Shown here: in pieces, positions 28,502 to 38,606 of the stretch
Numbering within the stretch: position 1 is the stretch's first letter
Layout: the number at the start of each line of letters is the position of its first letter
NCBI GenBank assembly: GCA_021808285.1
Contig: JAKBBV010000009.1
Location: 952-64,951, forward strand
Source of the DNA: Pseudomonadota bacterium
GTDB taxonomy: Bacteria; Pseudomonadota; Alphaproteobacteria; Caulobacterales; Caulobacteraceae
Direction: 5' to 3'
DNA: 64,000 nt
The notes under the pieces: generated by a model
Told to the model about the DNA's origin: nothing
Seen by the model: the letters and a program-made list of their open reading frames with translations, nothing else
The model's database searches: none
Made by a program: the position numbers and the translations under genes

Positions 28502-28620
28502 GCGGCCAAATTGGCAACATTTTTGGCCGCAAATGGCAACGTCTCTGGCCGCAGATGGCGCCATGTCTGGCCACAAATGGCAACCTATTGGCCGCTGAAT
28601 GGCCACCTCTTGGCCCCGCG
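28502..28620. repeat. Phased TGGC repeat array (~11-bp period, 22-bp dimer unit)
   Basis: TGGC at 28512, 28524, 28534, 28546, 28556, 28568, 28578, 28589, 28600, 28611 (spacings 12,10,12,10,12,10,11,11,11). Alternating TGGCCGCAAA-type and TGGCAAC-type units. Confidence 0.88.
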
Positions 28621-28872
28621 CCCCGCAGGCCCCGCGCCCGCCCTGGCCCCGACGCCGCGCAGCGCTTCGCCGCCGCGACAGGGGCGAGCCGGACAGGATG
28701 GCGAAAATCGCACCGGCGCTGAAACTTGGCGAAAAAGGGTATAGAATTCGGCGTCAGGCCATATCCTACGCCTAAGACATTGCATTCCGCAAGCGCTTAG
28801 GGTTGTGGCGCCGGGCTCGATGGGGTTGGCCCAGGCCTTGGATGCGCGCTCTTGACGTTCGGAGTCTCGCGG

Positions 28873-28945
28873 CGCCGGCTGCAGGGCTCGAACCCGCGAC
28901 CTTCGCTTTACAAAAGCGCTGCTCTACCAACTGAGCTAAGCCGGC
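28873..28945 (-). tRNA. tRNA-Thr(TGT), CCA not encoded
   Basis: GCCGGCT/AGCCGGC acceptor, AGCTCAGTTGGTAGAGC D-arm, anticodon loop TT-TGT-AA, GGTTCGAGCC T-arm; followed by G-CCG rather than A-CCA. Confidence 0.95.
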
Positions 28946-29204
28946 CTCCGCGAACCGCGCGCTTATGCCCTCTCGCCCTTGGCGAGGGCAAGGGAGGGGG
29001 GTCGAATAGGGCTAACAGGCGAAGCCCGCCGTGGGTCGCGATCTGTTCATGTGCGGGACGGGTTTAAGTCCCAATGGCGCCATCACGGCCGCCAGAAGGT
29101 CTATCCGGGCCAGATGAGCGCCGTCCTGCGCCGGGCGTGACGTCTGCGCCAGGAGAGGGCGGACAGCGTGGCGGGAGTGGGGGGCAGCCGGCATACCGAA
29201 AAGG

Positions 29205-29705
29205 TCAAATCAGCCGGATGCCGAACTCCTCCCTCAACTCGGCGAGAGTTCGCGTCTCAAACTCTGCTGGCGGGTTCCACGGCCACCTCTTTTTCATCCG
29301 GAAAGCTTCGATCAGCGCCAGCACCGCCCGGGGCAACACACCTAAGGTGACGCCGAGGGCATTCAGAAAGCCTAGCTCGTTGAATATGGCCTTAGCCTCT
29401 GGATCCCGGGTCAGGTATTCGGCGTAACGTCGCCAGCCAACGTCGCAGGAAAGCAGCGTGCGGATGTCGGCCATCCCTTCGTCCGGAAGCGTGGTGTCGA
29501 GACCGAAGATCACATGGCAGAGGTCGTGACAGCGGAAGAGCTCAGCGCTGCCGGGGGCTAACGTCTCTGGTCGCGCGACTCGTCCGAGGTTCCGCGCGTA
29601 GTATTCCTCCAACCCCTCGGCCAATGTCTGTTTGGCGTCCTGGTTCTGGTATCCGGCGCCGGCCGCGTGGGCCGCAAAGCCTGGACTCAATGCAAGCGCG
29701 GTCAT
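29205..29705 (-). CDS. Coq4-like putative metalloprotein
   Basis: HDLCH-x11-E (HDLCHVIFGLDTTLPDE) matches the Coq4 HDxxH-x11-E motif; C-terminus LAELREEFGI is also Coq4-like. Codon usage looks less GC-biased than the neighbours. Confidence 0.72.
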   Translation of the reverse strand: MTALALSPGFAAHAAGAGYQNQDAKQTLAEGLEEYYARNLGRVARPETLAPGSAELFRCHDLCHVIFGLDTTLPDEGMADIRTLLSCDVGWRRYAEYLTRDPEAKAIFNELGFLNALGVTLGVLPRAVLALIEAFRMKKRWPWNPPAEFETRTLAELREEFGIRLI

Positions 29706-30000
29706 TTCCTAGACTTCTGCACTGGCGGTCAGCCCCCCAGACGTCCGGGTCGGGCTGGTCCCGCGACGGCGATAGGCCTCGATCGCTCCATGCTGAGGAC
29801 TTTGGCTCACTCGGACCCTCCGCCAGATAGCCGACAATAGCGCCGGATATGTCCAGGATGGCAAGGACGCGAAAGGCGGTTTGGTCTGATGGGCGAGCAG
29901 GGCGCTGTCCATTCTGGCCCCATCGTCCGGCCCCCACCGTCTGGGCTTAAGGCGGCGGCGAGGATATACCCCGCCCTCCCGACAACCTCGCACCCTTGCC

Positions 30001-31713
30001 ATGGCCCGCATCCTGATCACCTCGGCCCTGCCGTACATCAATGGAATCAAGCACCTGGGCAATCTGGCCGGGTCGATGGCGCCGGCCGACGTGCAGGCGC
30101 GGTTTCAGCGCGCGCGGGGGAATGAGGTGCTTTTCCTGTGCGCCACGGACGAGCACGGCACGCCGGCCGAGCTGGCCGCGCAGGCGGCCGGCATGGAGGT
30201 GCGGGCCTACTGCGACGCGATGCACGAGGCCCAGAAGGCGCTCGCCGCGGGCTTTGGCCTTTCCTTCGACTGGTTCGGGCGCACCTCCTCGCCGCAGAAC
30301 GCCGCCCTGACCCAGCATTTCGCCGACGTGCTGGAGGATCGCGGATTCATCGAGGAGCGGGTCGATCGCCAACTCTATTCCCTGGACGATCAGCGCTTTC
30401 TGCCCGACCGCTATGTGGAGGGCACATGCCCGATCTGTGGCTATGGCCAGGCGCGCGGCGACCAGTGCGACAACTGCGGCAGCCTGCTGGACCCCCTGGA
30501 GCTCAAGGATCCCTATTCAGTCATCTCCAAGAGCCGCAATCTGGAGGTGCGCGAGACCCGGCACCTTTATCTGCGCCAGACGGGGCTGGAGAGCGATCTG
30601 AGGGCCTGGGTCGACGCGCGGACCGACTGGCCGGCCCTGGCGCGGTCCATCGCCTACAAGCACCTGGACGATGGCCTGATCGACCGGGGCATCACCCGGG
30701 ACCTGAGCTGGGGCGTGCCGGTGCTGCGCCACGGCCGGCCGCGGCCGGGCATGGAGGGCAAGGTCTTCTATGTCTGGTTCGACGCCCCCATCGAATATAT
30801 CGCCGCGGCGCAGGAGTGGGCCGACGCCACGGGGGGCGACTGGACCCGCTGGTGGCGCCTGGACCAGGGCGCGCAGGACGTTCGCTATATCGAGTTCATG
30901 GGCAAGGATAATGTCGCCTTCCACAGCGTCAGCTTTCCCGCGACCCTGCTGGGCTCCGGCGAGCCCTGGAAGACGGTGGACACGCTCAAGGCGTTCAACT
31001 GGCTCAACTGGTATGGCCAGCCGTTCTCCACCTCGCATCAGCGCGGCATCTTCATGGACGCGGCCCTGGAGATCCTGCCGGCGGACATCTGGCGCTGGTG
31101 CCTGACGGCCTACGCGCCGGAGCATTCGGACAGCAGCTTCACCTTCGATCAGCTGGTGGCGGCGGTGAACCGCGATCTGGCCGACGTTCTGGGCAACTTC
31201 GTCAACCGCATCCTGCGATTCTGCGAGAGCCGATTCGAAGGCGTCGCGCCCGAAGGCGGGGAGGAGGGGCCGCTCGAAGCCCAGCTGAAGGCCGACCTGG
31301 CCGCAGGCCTGGCGGAGCTGACGGCGCAGTTCGAGGCCATGGAGTCGCGAAAATCGGCCCAGGCCCTGCGGGCTCTCTGGTCGCTCGGCAATGTCTATCT
31401 GCAGGAAGCCGCGCCCTGGACAGCGATCAAGACCGATCCGGTCCGGGCCGCGGTCATCGTGCGCACCGCGATCAACCTCGTCGCCCTCTACGCCCGCATC
31501 AGCGCGCCCATCCTGCCCTATTCCGCGGCGGCCATGGCCGAGGCGGTGGGCGAATCGAGGCTCGACTGGCCCGGAGACGACCTGGCGGCGGAGCTGGCCC
31601 GGGTCCCGGCCGGGCGGCCGGTGAGGAGCCCGCCGCTGCTGTTCGCCAAGATTGAACCGGAACAGGTGGCGATCTGGTCGCAGCGTTTTGGCGCTCCGGT
31701 CGAGGCGGCCTGA
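30001..31713 (+). CDS. metG: Methionyl-tRNA ligase (no C-terminal tRNA-binding appendix)
   Basis: [15 protein letters not shown] (HIGH), TDEHG, CPIC/CDNC zinc knuckle, [18 protein letters not shown]. Confidence 0.97.
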   Translation: MARILITSALPYINGIKHLGNLAGSMAPADVQARFQRARGNEVLFLCATDEHGTPAELAAQAAGMEVRAYCDAMHEAQKALAAGFGLSFDWFGRTSSPQNAALTQHFADVLEDRGFIEERVDRQLYSLDDQRFLPDRYVEGTCPICGYGQARGDQCDNCGSLLDPLELKDPYSVISKSRNLEVRETRHLYLRQTGLESDLRAWVDARTDWPALARSIAYKHLDDGLIDRGITRDLSWGVPVLRHGRPRPGMEGKVFYVWFDAPIEYIAAAQEWADATGGDWTRWWRLDQGAQDVRYIEFMGKDNVAFHSVSFPATLLGSGEPWKTVDTLKAFNWLNWYGQPFSTSHQRGIFMDAALEILPADIWRWCLTAYAPEHSDSSFTFDQLVAAVNRDLADVLGNFVNRILRFCESRFEGVAPEGGEEGPLEAQLKADLAAGLAELTAQFEAMESRKSAQALRALWSLGNVYLQEAAPWTAIKTDPVRAAVIVRTAINLVALYARISAPILPYSAAAMAEAVGESRLDWPGDDLAAELARVPAGRPVRSPPLLFAKIEPEQVAIWSQRFGAPVEAA

Positions 31714-31778
31714 GGGCGAGGGCCGGTTCGGCGGGCCCGGACGATGCGTCGGGCGCCGCTTTGGGCCCGGTTCAGGGG

Positions 31779-31807
31779 TTGAAGGGGCGGGGCGAAGGGT
31801 CTATCGC
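31779..31807 (+). promoter_or_regulatory. Candidate housekeeping-sigma promoter for nuoG-N
   Basis: TTGAAG (31779-31784), 17-nt spacer, TATCGC (31802-31807), about 80 nt before the nuoG ATG. Confidence 0.35.
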
Positions 31808-31886
31808 CCCCCGCGTGATCGTCCGGCGCGGCCGGCGGTCGCCTCGCAAGACGCGCAGCCGACTTCGAACTTCTCTCCGAGGACTC

Positions 31887-33959
31887 ATGCCCAAAGCCAA
31901 GGTCAACGGCGTCGAGGTCGAGTTCGAGAACGGCATGACCGTGCTTCAGGTCGCCGAGCTCGCCGGGGAGGAGATTCCCCGCTTCTGCTATCACGAGCGC
32001 CTGTCGATCGCCGGCAACTGCCGCATGTGTCTGGTGGAGGTGAAGCCCGGCCCGCCCAAGCCGCAGGCCTCCTGCGCCCTGCCCGCCGCCGAGGGACAGG
32101 AGATCATCACCAACTCGCCCATGGTGAAGAAGGCGCGGGAAGGGGTGATGGAGTTCCTGCTCATCAATCACCCGCTGGACTGCCCGATCTGCGACCAGGG
32201 CGGGGAGTGCGACCTGCAGGATCAGGCCATGGGCTATGGCCGCGACGCCTCGCGCTATGACGAGAACAAGCGCGCGGTCGAAGACAAGCATATGGGCCCG
32301 CTGATCAAGACGGTGATGACCCGGTGCATCCAGTGCACGCGATGCGTACGCTTCGTCACCGAGGTGGCCGGCGCGCCGCAGCTCGGCATGGTGTCCCGCG
32401 GCGAGGGCGCGGAGATCACCACCTATCTCGATAGCGCCATCACCAGCGAGCTGTCGGCCAATGTGATCGACCTGTGCCCGGTGGGCGCGCTGACCTCGCG
32501 GCCCTACGCCTTCAACGCCCGGCCCTGGGAGCTGACCAAGACCCTGACCATCGATGTCATGGACGCCCTGGGCAGCGCGATCCGCGTGGATGCGCGCGGA
32601 CCGGCGGTGCTTCGCGTGCTGCCGCGCACCAACGACGCGGTGAACGAGGCCTGGATCAGCGACAAGACCCGCTATGCCTGCGACGGGCTGGCGCGGCAGC
32701 GCCTGGATCGCCCCCTCCTGCGCCAGAAGGGCAAGCTGGAGCCCATCAGCTGGGCGCAGGCCCTGAGCCTCCTGGCGGCGCGTTTGAAAAGGACGGCGCC
32801 CGAGCGCATCGGCGTGATCGCCGGCGACCTGCAGGACACCGAATCGCTCAAGGCGGCCAAGGATCTGTTCACGGGCCTTGGCGTGACCTCGCTGGACGGC
32901 CGGCCGGACGGCCTCGTTCTGGGCCAGGGGCCGCGCGAGAGCTGGCTCTTCAATCCCACTCTTGAGGGCGTGGAGCGCGCGGACGTCGTGCTTCTCATCG
33001 GCGCCCATCCCAAGACCGAGGCGGCGGTGCTGAACGCGCGCCTGCGCCGCATGTGGCTTTCCGGCCAGACCCGATTCGCGGCCATCGGCGCGCCGCGGGA
33101 TCATGGCTTCGAGGTCGAGGCCCTCGGCGAGGGCGGCGAGGCGCTGGAGGCCCTGGCCCGGGGCGAGGGCGAATTCGCCGCGGCGCTGGCCAAGGCGGAG
33201 CGTCCGGTTTTCATCCTGGGGCAGGGGGCCCTGACCCGGCCGGACAGCGGCGCGATCGTCGCCGCGGCGGCCAGGGCGGGCGCCCGGTGCAAGCTGGTGC
33301 GCGAGGGATGGAACGGCTGGGCCGTGCTGCACACCGCCGCCGCGCGCGTGGCCGCGCTCGATCTTGGCTTCGTTCCCGGGGGGGCGGGGCGGGGGGCCGG
33401 CGCCCTCCTGGCCAAGGGCGGCGCCGATCTCCTGGTCCTTCTTGGCGTGGACGAGGCGGATCTGAGCCAGACCGACGCCTTCGTGGTCTATCTGGGGACG
33501 CACGGCGATCGCGGGGCCCACCGCGCCGATCTGATCCTGCCCGGCGCCGCCTACACCGAAAAGCCGGGGCTCTATGTGAATACCGAGGGGCGGGTGCAGC
33601 GGGCCGAGCGCGCCGTCTTCCCCAAGGGGGACGCCAAGGAGGACTGGACCATCTTCCGCGCCCTGTCGGCGGAGCTTGGCGCCCCGCTCCCCTATGACAG
33701 TCTCGACCAGCTTCGCGCCCGCCTGTTCGCCGACCATCCGAGCTTCGGCCAGCTTGACTATGCGCCAGGCGCCGTCCCCGCCCCCCTGGATCTGGGCGCC
33801 CTGGATCTGGGGGGCCTGGGATCGCCCGGCGTGATCGACGCGGCGCCCTTCGAGAGCCCGATCGGAGCCTTCCACCTGACCAACCCGATCTGCCGCGCCA
33901 GCGTGACCATGGCCGAGTGCGCCGCCCTGGCATCTGGCGCCAAGATGGCGGCGGAGTGA
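31887..33959 (+). CDS. nuoG: NADH-quinone oxidoreductase subunit G
   Basis: [36 protein letters not shown] Fe-S motifs. ATG at 31887 after GAGG. Confidence 0.98.
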   Translation: MPKAKVNGVEVEFENGMTVLQVAELAGEEIPRFCYHERLSIAGNCRMCLVEVKPGPPKPQASCALPAAEGQEIITNSPMVKKAREGVMEFLLINHPLDCPICDQGGECDLQDQAMGYGRDASRYDENKRAVEDKHMGPLIKTVMTRCIQCTRCVRFVTEVAGAPQLGMVSRGEGAEITTYLDSAITSELSANVIDLCPVGALTSRPYAFNARPWELTKTLTIDVMDALGSAIRVDARGPAVLRVLPRTNDAVNEAWISDKTRYACDGLARQRLDRPLLRQKGKLEPISWAQALSLLAARLKRTAPERIGVIAGDLQDTESLKAAKDLFTGLGVTSLDGRPDGLVLGQGPRESWLFNPTLEGVERADVVLLIGAHPKTEAAVLNARLRRMWLSGQTRFAAIGAPRDHGFEVEALGEGGEALEALARGEGEFAAALAKAERPVFILGQGALTRPDSGAIVAAAARAGARCKLVREGWNGWAVLHTAAARVAALDLGFVPGGAGRGAGALLAKGGADLLVLLGVDEADLSQTDAFVVYLGTHGDRGAHRADLILPGAAYTEKPGLYVNTEGRVQRAERAVFPKGDAKEDWTIFRALSAELGAPLPYDSLDQLRARLFADHPSFGQLDYAPGAVPAPLDLGALDLGGLGSPGVIDAAPFESPIGAFHLTNPICRASVTMAECAALASGAKMAAE

Positions 33960-33964
33960 GCGCG

Positions 33965-35041
33965 ATGGAGACGTTCTGGTCCTCCCCCGTCGGCTGGCTG
34001 GTGCTCACCGCCGGGCAGATCCTGGCGGTTCTGGTCTGGATCCTGCTGTCGCTCGCCTTCCTGCTTCTGGCCGATCGCAAGATCTGGGCCGGGGTGCAGA
34101 TGCGCAAAGGCCCCAACGTGGTGGGTCCCTTCGGCGCGCTGCAGTCGTTCGCGGACTTCTTCAAGTTCGTGCTCAAGGAGATCATCATCCCGGCCGGGGC
34201 GGACAAGACGGTGTTCCTGCTGGCCCCCCTGATCAGCTTCACCCTGGCCTTCGCCGCCTGGGCGGTGATGCCCCTGGCGCCCGGCTGGGTGGTGTCGAAC
34301 ATCAATGTCGGGGTGCTCTACCTCTTCGCCATCTCCTCGCTCGGCGTCTACGGCATCATCATGGGCGGCTGGGCGTCGAACTCGAAATACCCCTTCCTGG
34401 GCAGTCTGAGATCGGCGGCGCAGATGGTGAGCTATGAGGTCTCCATCGGCTTCGTGATCATCACCGTGATCCTGCTCACCGGCTCGCTCAACCTTGCGAC
34501 CATCGTCGAGCATCAGGCGGGCGGGTTCTGGCATTGGAACGTGCTGGGCGGCGGCGGCCTCAAGGGCCTGCCCATGGCGCTGGTCATGATCCCCATGAGC
34601 GTGATCTTCTTCATCTCCGCCCTGGCCGAGACCAATCGCCCGCCCTTCGACCTGCCCGAGGCGGAGTCGGAGCTCGTGGCCGGCTATCAGGTGGAGTACT
34701 CCTCCACCCCCTACCTGCTGTTCATGATCGGCGAGTACGCCAACATCGTGCTGATGTGCGCCCTGATCAGCGTGCTGTTCTTCGGCGGCTGGCAGGCGCC
34801 TTTCCCCACGCCCTTCCTGGCCCATTGGGCGCCCACAGCGGCGAGCTTCTTCGGCTTCCTGTGGTTCTTCGCCAAGATCATCTTCTTCTTCTTCCTGTTC
34901 GCCATGGTGAAGGCGATCGTGCCCCGGTACCGCTATGACCAGCTCATGCGCCTGGGCTGGAAGATCTTTCTGCCGACCTCCATCGTCGCCGTGGTCCTCG
35001 TGGCGGCGTGGCGGGTGTTCGGCCCTGGCGCGGGAGCCTGA
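33965..35041 (+). CDS. nuoH: NADH-quinone oxidoreductase subunit H
   Basis: [39 protein letters not shown]. Confidence 0.98.
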   Translation: METFWSSPVGWLVLTAGQILAVLVWILLSLAFLLLADRKIWAGVQMRKGPNVVGPFGALQSFADFFKFVLKEIIIPAGADKTVFLLAPLISFTLAFAAWAVMPLAPGWVVSNINVGVLYLFAISSLGVYGIIMGGWASNSKYPFLGSLRSAAQMVSYEVSIGFVIITVILLTGSLNLATIVEHQAGGFWHWNVLGGGGLKGLPMALVMIPMSVIFFISALAETNRPPFDLPEAESELVAGYQVEYSSTPYLLFMIGEYANIVLMCALISVLFFGGWQAPFPTPFLAHWAPTAASFFGFLWFFAKIIFFFFLFAMVKAIVPRYRYDQLMRLGWKIFLPTSIVAVVLVAAWRVFGPGAGA

Positions 35042-35044
35042 GCG

Positions 35045-35542
35045 ATGGCCATGTTCGAACGGATCGGTCAGGCCCTGCGCGGCGCGGCGCTGATGGACTT
35101 CATCGGCGGCTTCGGGCTGGGCATGAAGTATCTGGTCCGGCCCAAGGCGACGGTGCTCTATCCCAACGAGCGCAACCCGCAGTCGCCGCGCTTTCGCGGA
35201 GAGCACGCCCTGCGCCGCTATCCCAATGGCGAGGAGCGCTGCATCGCCTGCAAGCTCTGCGAGGCGATCTGTCCGGCCCAGGCCATCACCATCGAGGCCG
35301 AGCCGCGCGAGGACGGCTCGCGGCGCACCACCCGCTACGATATCGACATGGTGAAGTGCATCTATTGCGGCCTGTGCCAGGAGGCCTGCCCGGTGGACGC
35401 CATCGTCGAGGGACCGAATATCGAATTCGCCGTGGAGACCCGCGAGGAGCTCTATTACGACAAGGCGCGCCTGCTGGAGAACGGCGATCGGTGGGAGCGC
35501 GAGATCGCCAAGAATCTGGAACTGGACGCCCCCTACCGCTAA
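35045..35542 (+). CDS. nuoI: NADH-quinone oxidoreductase subunit I
   Basis: [12 protein letters not shown] and [12 protein letters not shown] 2x[4Fe-4S] motifs. Confidence 0.98.
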   Translation: MAMFERIGQALRGAALMDFIGGFGLGMKYLVRPKATVLYPNERNPQSPRFRGEHALRRYPNGEERCIACKLCEAICPAQAITIEAEPREDGSRRTTRYDIDMVKCIYCGLCQEACPVDAIVEGPNIEFAVETREELYYDKARLLENGDRWEREIAKNLELDAPYR

Positions 35543-35648
35543 GACCCCGCCAGCCCGCCGGTTCGCCGGCGCCAGACGAGACGGCGCTCCGGTCGCCGCC
35601 GCGTCGTCCCGCAACGATTTCACCGCAACGGAGCACCAAGGTCCGCCC

Positions 35649-36266
35649 ATGCCGCTGCAAGCCATAGCCTTCTATGCGCTCGCCGCCGTGACCGTGTTTG
35701 CGGGCCTGGCGGTGGTGTTCGCGCGCAATCCGGTCCACTCGGTCCTGTTCCTCATCACCGCCTTCTTTTCGGCCGCGGGGCTGTTCGTGCTCATGGGCGC
35801 GGAGTTCCTGGCGATGATGCTGGTGGTCGTCTATGTCGGCGCGGTCGCCGTCCTGTTCCTGTTCGTCGTCATGATGCTCGACGTGGACTTCGCCACCCTG
35901 AGGCAGGGCTTTGCGCGCTATCTGCCCCTGGGAGGCCTGGTGGCGGCGGTGCTCACCGTGGAGATGGTTCTGGCGGCCACGAGCGTGGCGCACCGGGGGG
36001 CGGCGTCCGGCTCGACCGCGCCGGCGGCGCCGAACGGCGCGATGACCAATGTCGAGGCCATCGGACGCCTGCTCTACACCCAATATGTCTATGTCTTTCA
36101 GGCCGCCGGCCTGGTGCTGCTGGTAGCCATGATCGGGGCCATCGTCCTGACCCTGAAGCATCGTTCGGGCGTGAAGCGCCAGAGCGTCGCCGCCCAGATG
36201 GCGCGCACCGCCAAGGGCGGCATGAAACTGGTGTCCATCACGTCCGGAGAGGGGGTCGACGCGTGA
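35649..36266 (+). CDS. nuoJ: NADH-quinone oxidoreductase subunit J
   Basis: [27 protein letters not shown]. Confidence 0.97.
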   Translation: MPLQAIAFYALAAVTVFAGLAVVFARNPVHSVLFLITAFFSAAGLFVLMGAEFLAMMLVVVYVGAVAVLFLFVVMMLDVDFATLRQGFARYLPLGGLVAAVLTVEMVLAATSVAHRGAASGSTAPAAPNGAMTNVEAIGRLLYTQYVYVFQAAGLVLLVAMIGAIVLTLKHRSGVKRQSVAAQMARTAKGGMKLVSITSGEGVDA

Positions 36267-36571
36267 CCATCGGGCTCGACCATTACCTGGCCGTGGCGGC
36301 GATCCTGTTCACCATCGGGGTGTTCGGCATCTTCGTGAACCGCCGCAACGTCATCGTCATCCTGATGTCGATCGAGCTGATCCTGCTCGCGGTGAACATC
36401 AATCTGGTCGCCTTCTCCAGCTTCCTGCACGACGTGGTGGGACAGATCTTCGCCCTCTTCGTCCTCACCGTGGCGGCGGCCGAGGCGGCGGTGGGTCTGG
36501 CGATCCTCGTCACCTTCTTCCGCTGGCGGGGCGACATCGCCGTCGACGACGCGTCGATGATGAAGGGCTGA
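36263..36571 (+). CDS. nuoK: NADH-quinone oxidoreductase subunit K
   Basis: [27 protein letters not shown]. Confidence 0.97.
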   Translation: MTIGLDHYLAVAAILFTIGVFGIFVNRRNVIVILMSIELILLAVNINLVAFSSFLHDVVGQIFALFVLTVAAAEAAVGLAILVTFFRWRGDIAVDDASMMKG

Positions 36572-36575
36572 TCGC

Positions 36576-38606
36576 GTGACTCCAGAACTCGTCGTCACCC
36601 TGATCGTCTTCGCCCCCCTTCTGGGGGCCCTGACCGCGGGCCTGTTCGGGCGTCTCATCGGTCACCGCGCGGCCCAGACCGTGACCACCAGCCTGCTTCT
36701 CCTCTCGGCGGCCCTGTCCTGGCTGACCTTCCGTCAGGTTTTCAGCGGGGCCTGGCCGCACGCCTTCACGCTCGCCCTGGCGCCCTTCATCCATGTGGGG
36801 GCCTTCGCGTCGGACTGGTCGATCCGCATCGACAGCCTCTCGGCGGTGATGCTGGTGGTGGTGACCACGGTCTCGGCCCTCGTGCATATCTATAGCTGGG
36901 GCTATATGCGCACCGATCCGCACCGGGCGCGGTTCTTCGCCTATCTGTCCCTCTTCACCTTCGCCATGCTGGCCCTGGTGACGGCGGCGGACTTCATGCA
37001 GCTGTTCTTCGGCTGGGAGGGCGTGGGTCTCGCGAGCTATCTCCTGATCGGGTTCTGGTACGAGAAGCCCACGGCCAATGCGGCCGCGATCAAGGCCTTC
37101 GTGGTCAATCGCGTGGGCGACGCCGGTTTCGCGCTCGGCATCATGACCGTGTTCTGGGCCTTCGGCTCGATCCGCTTCGCCGATATCTTTCCGCAGATCG
37201 CCAGCCACGCCCATCTGGCCTGGCGCTTCGGTTCGGGCGAGTTCCGGCTGATGGATCTGGCCTGCGTGCTTCTCTTCATCGGGGCCATGGGGAAGTCGGC
37301 GCAGTTTCTGCTGCACACCTGGCTCCCCGACGCCATGGAGGGGCCGACTCCGGTCTCGGCCCTGATCCACGCCGCCACCATGGTCACCGCCGGCGTCTAT
37401 ATGGTCTGCCTGCTGTCGCCGATGTTCGAGGCCGCGCCCCTCGCCAAGGCGCTGGTCACCGTGGTCGGGGCCATCACCTGCCTCTTCGCGGCCACCATCG
37501 GCCTGGCCCAGAACGACATCAAGCGGGTGATCGCCTATTCGACCTGCTCGCAGCTTGGCTACATGTTCTTCGCCGCCGGTGTAGGGGCCTACCCCGCGGC
37601 CATGTTCCACCTCTTCACCCACGCCTTCTTCAAGGCGCTGCTGTTCCTGGGCGCCGGGTCGGTGATCGAGGCCATGCACCACGAACAGGACATGCGCCGC
37701 ATGGGCGGGCTCTGGAACAAGACCCCCATCACCTATGTGGTCATGCTGCTGGGGACCCTGGCGATCACCGGCGTCGGCATTCCGGGCCTCGATCTGGGCC
37801 TGGCCGGGTTCTATTCCAAAGACGCGATCATCAATTCGGCCTTCGTCGCGAGCCACGGACAGCCTACGGCCATGTTCGCCTTCATCTGCGGCGTTCTGGC
37901 CGCCGGCCTGACCTCGTTCTATTCCTGGCGCCTGATCTTCATGACCTTCCATGGCCGGGCCAAATGGGGCGCCCCCGATCATGCTCACGACCATTCGCAC
38001 GACCCTGCCCAAGACGACGGGCACGGGCATGGGCATGGGCTCGCGCCGCATGAGAGCCCCTGGGTCATGGTCGGGCCTCTGCTCGTTCTGGCGGCGGGCG
38101 CGGTGTTCGCCGGCGGGCTGTTCGACGACGCCTTCATCGGCGAGGGCAGGGCGGCTTTCTGGGGCAAGGCCCTGTCGGCGACCACGAGCGCCGGCCTGCT
38201 GGACCAGATAAGTCACGTTCCCGAATGGGTCGTGCTCTCCCCCCTGGCGGTTTCGCTGATCGGTTTCGCGGCGGCCTGGTACTATTATATCGCCCATGAG
38301 GGCCTGGCGGCGCGCATCGCCTCGCGCAAGGGCCTCGTCTGGGCCTTCCTCTACAACAAGTGGTATTTCGACGAGCTCTATGACGCGGTCTTCGTTCGCG
38401 GCGCCAAGGCGCTGGGCGATCTGTTCTGGAAGGGCGGGGACAAGAGGCTCATCGACGGCTTCGGGCCCGATGGCGTCTCCCAGACCAGCTATCTCGTCGG
38501 CCGCGGCGTGTCGCGCCTGCAGACCGGCTATGTCTATCACTATGCCTTCGTGATGCTGCTGGGCGTCGCCGGGCTGGTCTCCTACGCGCTGTGGGCCTTT
38601 AGATGA
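36576..38606 (+). CDS. nuoL: NADH-quinone oxidoreductase subunit L
   Basis: [58 protein letters not shown]; His-rich linker. Confidence 0.98.
   Translation: MTPELVVTLIVFAPLLGALTAGLFGRLIGHRAAQTVTTSLLLLSAALSWLTFRQVFSGAWPHAFTLALAPFIHVGAFASDWSIRIDSLSAVMLVVVTTVSALVHIYSWGYMRTDPHRARFFAYLSLFTFAMLALVTAADFMQLFFGWEGVGLASYLLIGFWYEKPTANAAAIKAFVVNRVGDAGFALGIMTVFWAFGSIRFADIFPQIASHAHLAWRFGSGEFRLMDLACVLLFIGAMGKSAQFLLHTWLPDAMEGPTPVSALIHAATMVTAGVYMVCLLSPMFEAAPLAKALVTVVGAITCLFAATIGLAQNDIKRVIAYSTCSQLGYMFFAAGVGAYPAAMFHLFTHAFFKALLFLGAGSVIEAMHHEQDMRRMGGLWNKTPITYVVMLLGTLAITGVGIPGLDLGLAGFYSKDAIINSAFVASHGQPTAMFAFICGVLAAGLTSFYSWRLIFMTFHGRAKWGAPDHAHDHSHDPAQDDGHGHGHGLAPHESPWVMVGPLLVLAAGAVFAGGLFDDAFIGEGRAAFWGKALSATTSAGLLDQISHVPEWVVLSPLAVSLIGFAAAWYYYIAHEGLAARIASRKGLVWAFLYNKWYFDELYDAVFVRGAKALGDLFWKGGDKRLIDGFGPDGVSQTSYLVGRGVSRLQTGYVYHYAFVMLLGVAGLVSYALWAFR

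Noticed and set aside
28512-28549. Sigma-54 promoter (TGGCAAC...TTGG)
   Set aside because: The -12 element reads GG where the invariant GC is required; spacing is off by one in both copies.
28502-28620. CRISPR array
   Set aside because: Units are contiguous 10-12 bp with no unique 30-40 bp spacers, and there are no cas genes in the window.
28425-28790. IHF-like sites (CTCAGTCTTGAAA; TAAGACATTGCAT)
   Set aside because: They have 2-3 mismatches to YAANNNNTTGATW; too weak to call.
25923-28869. Intact prophage, ICE or IS at the tRNAs
   Set aside because: No integrase, transposase, rep or structural genes and no direct-repeat pair; at most a scar.
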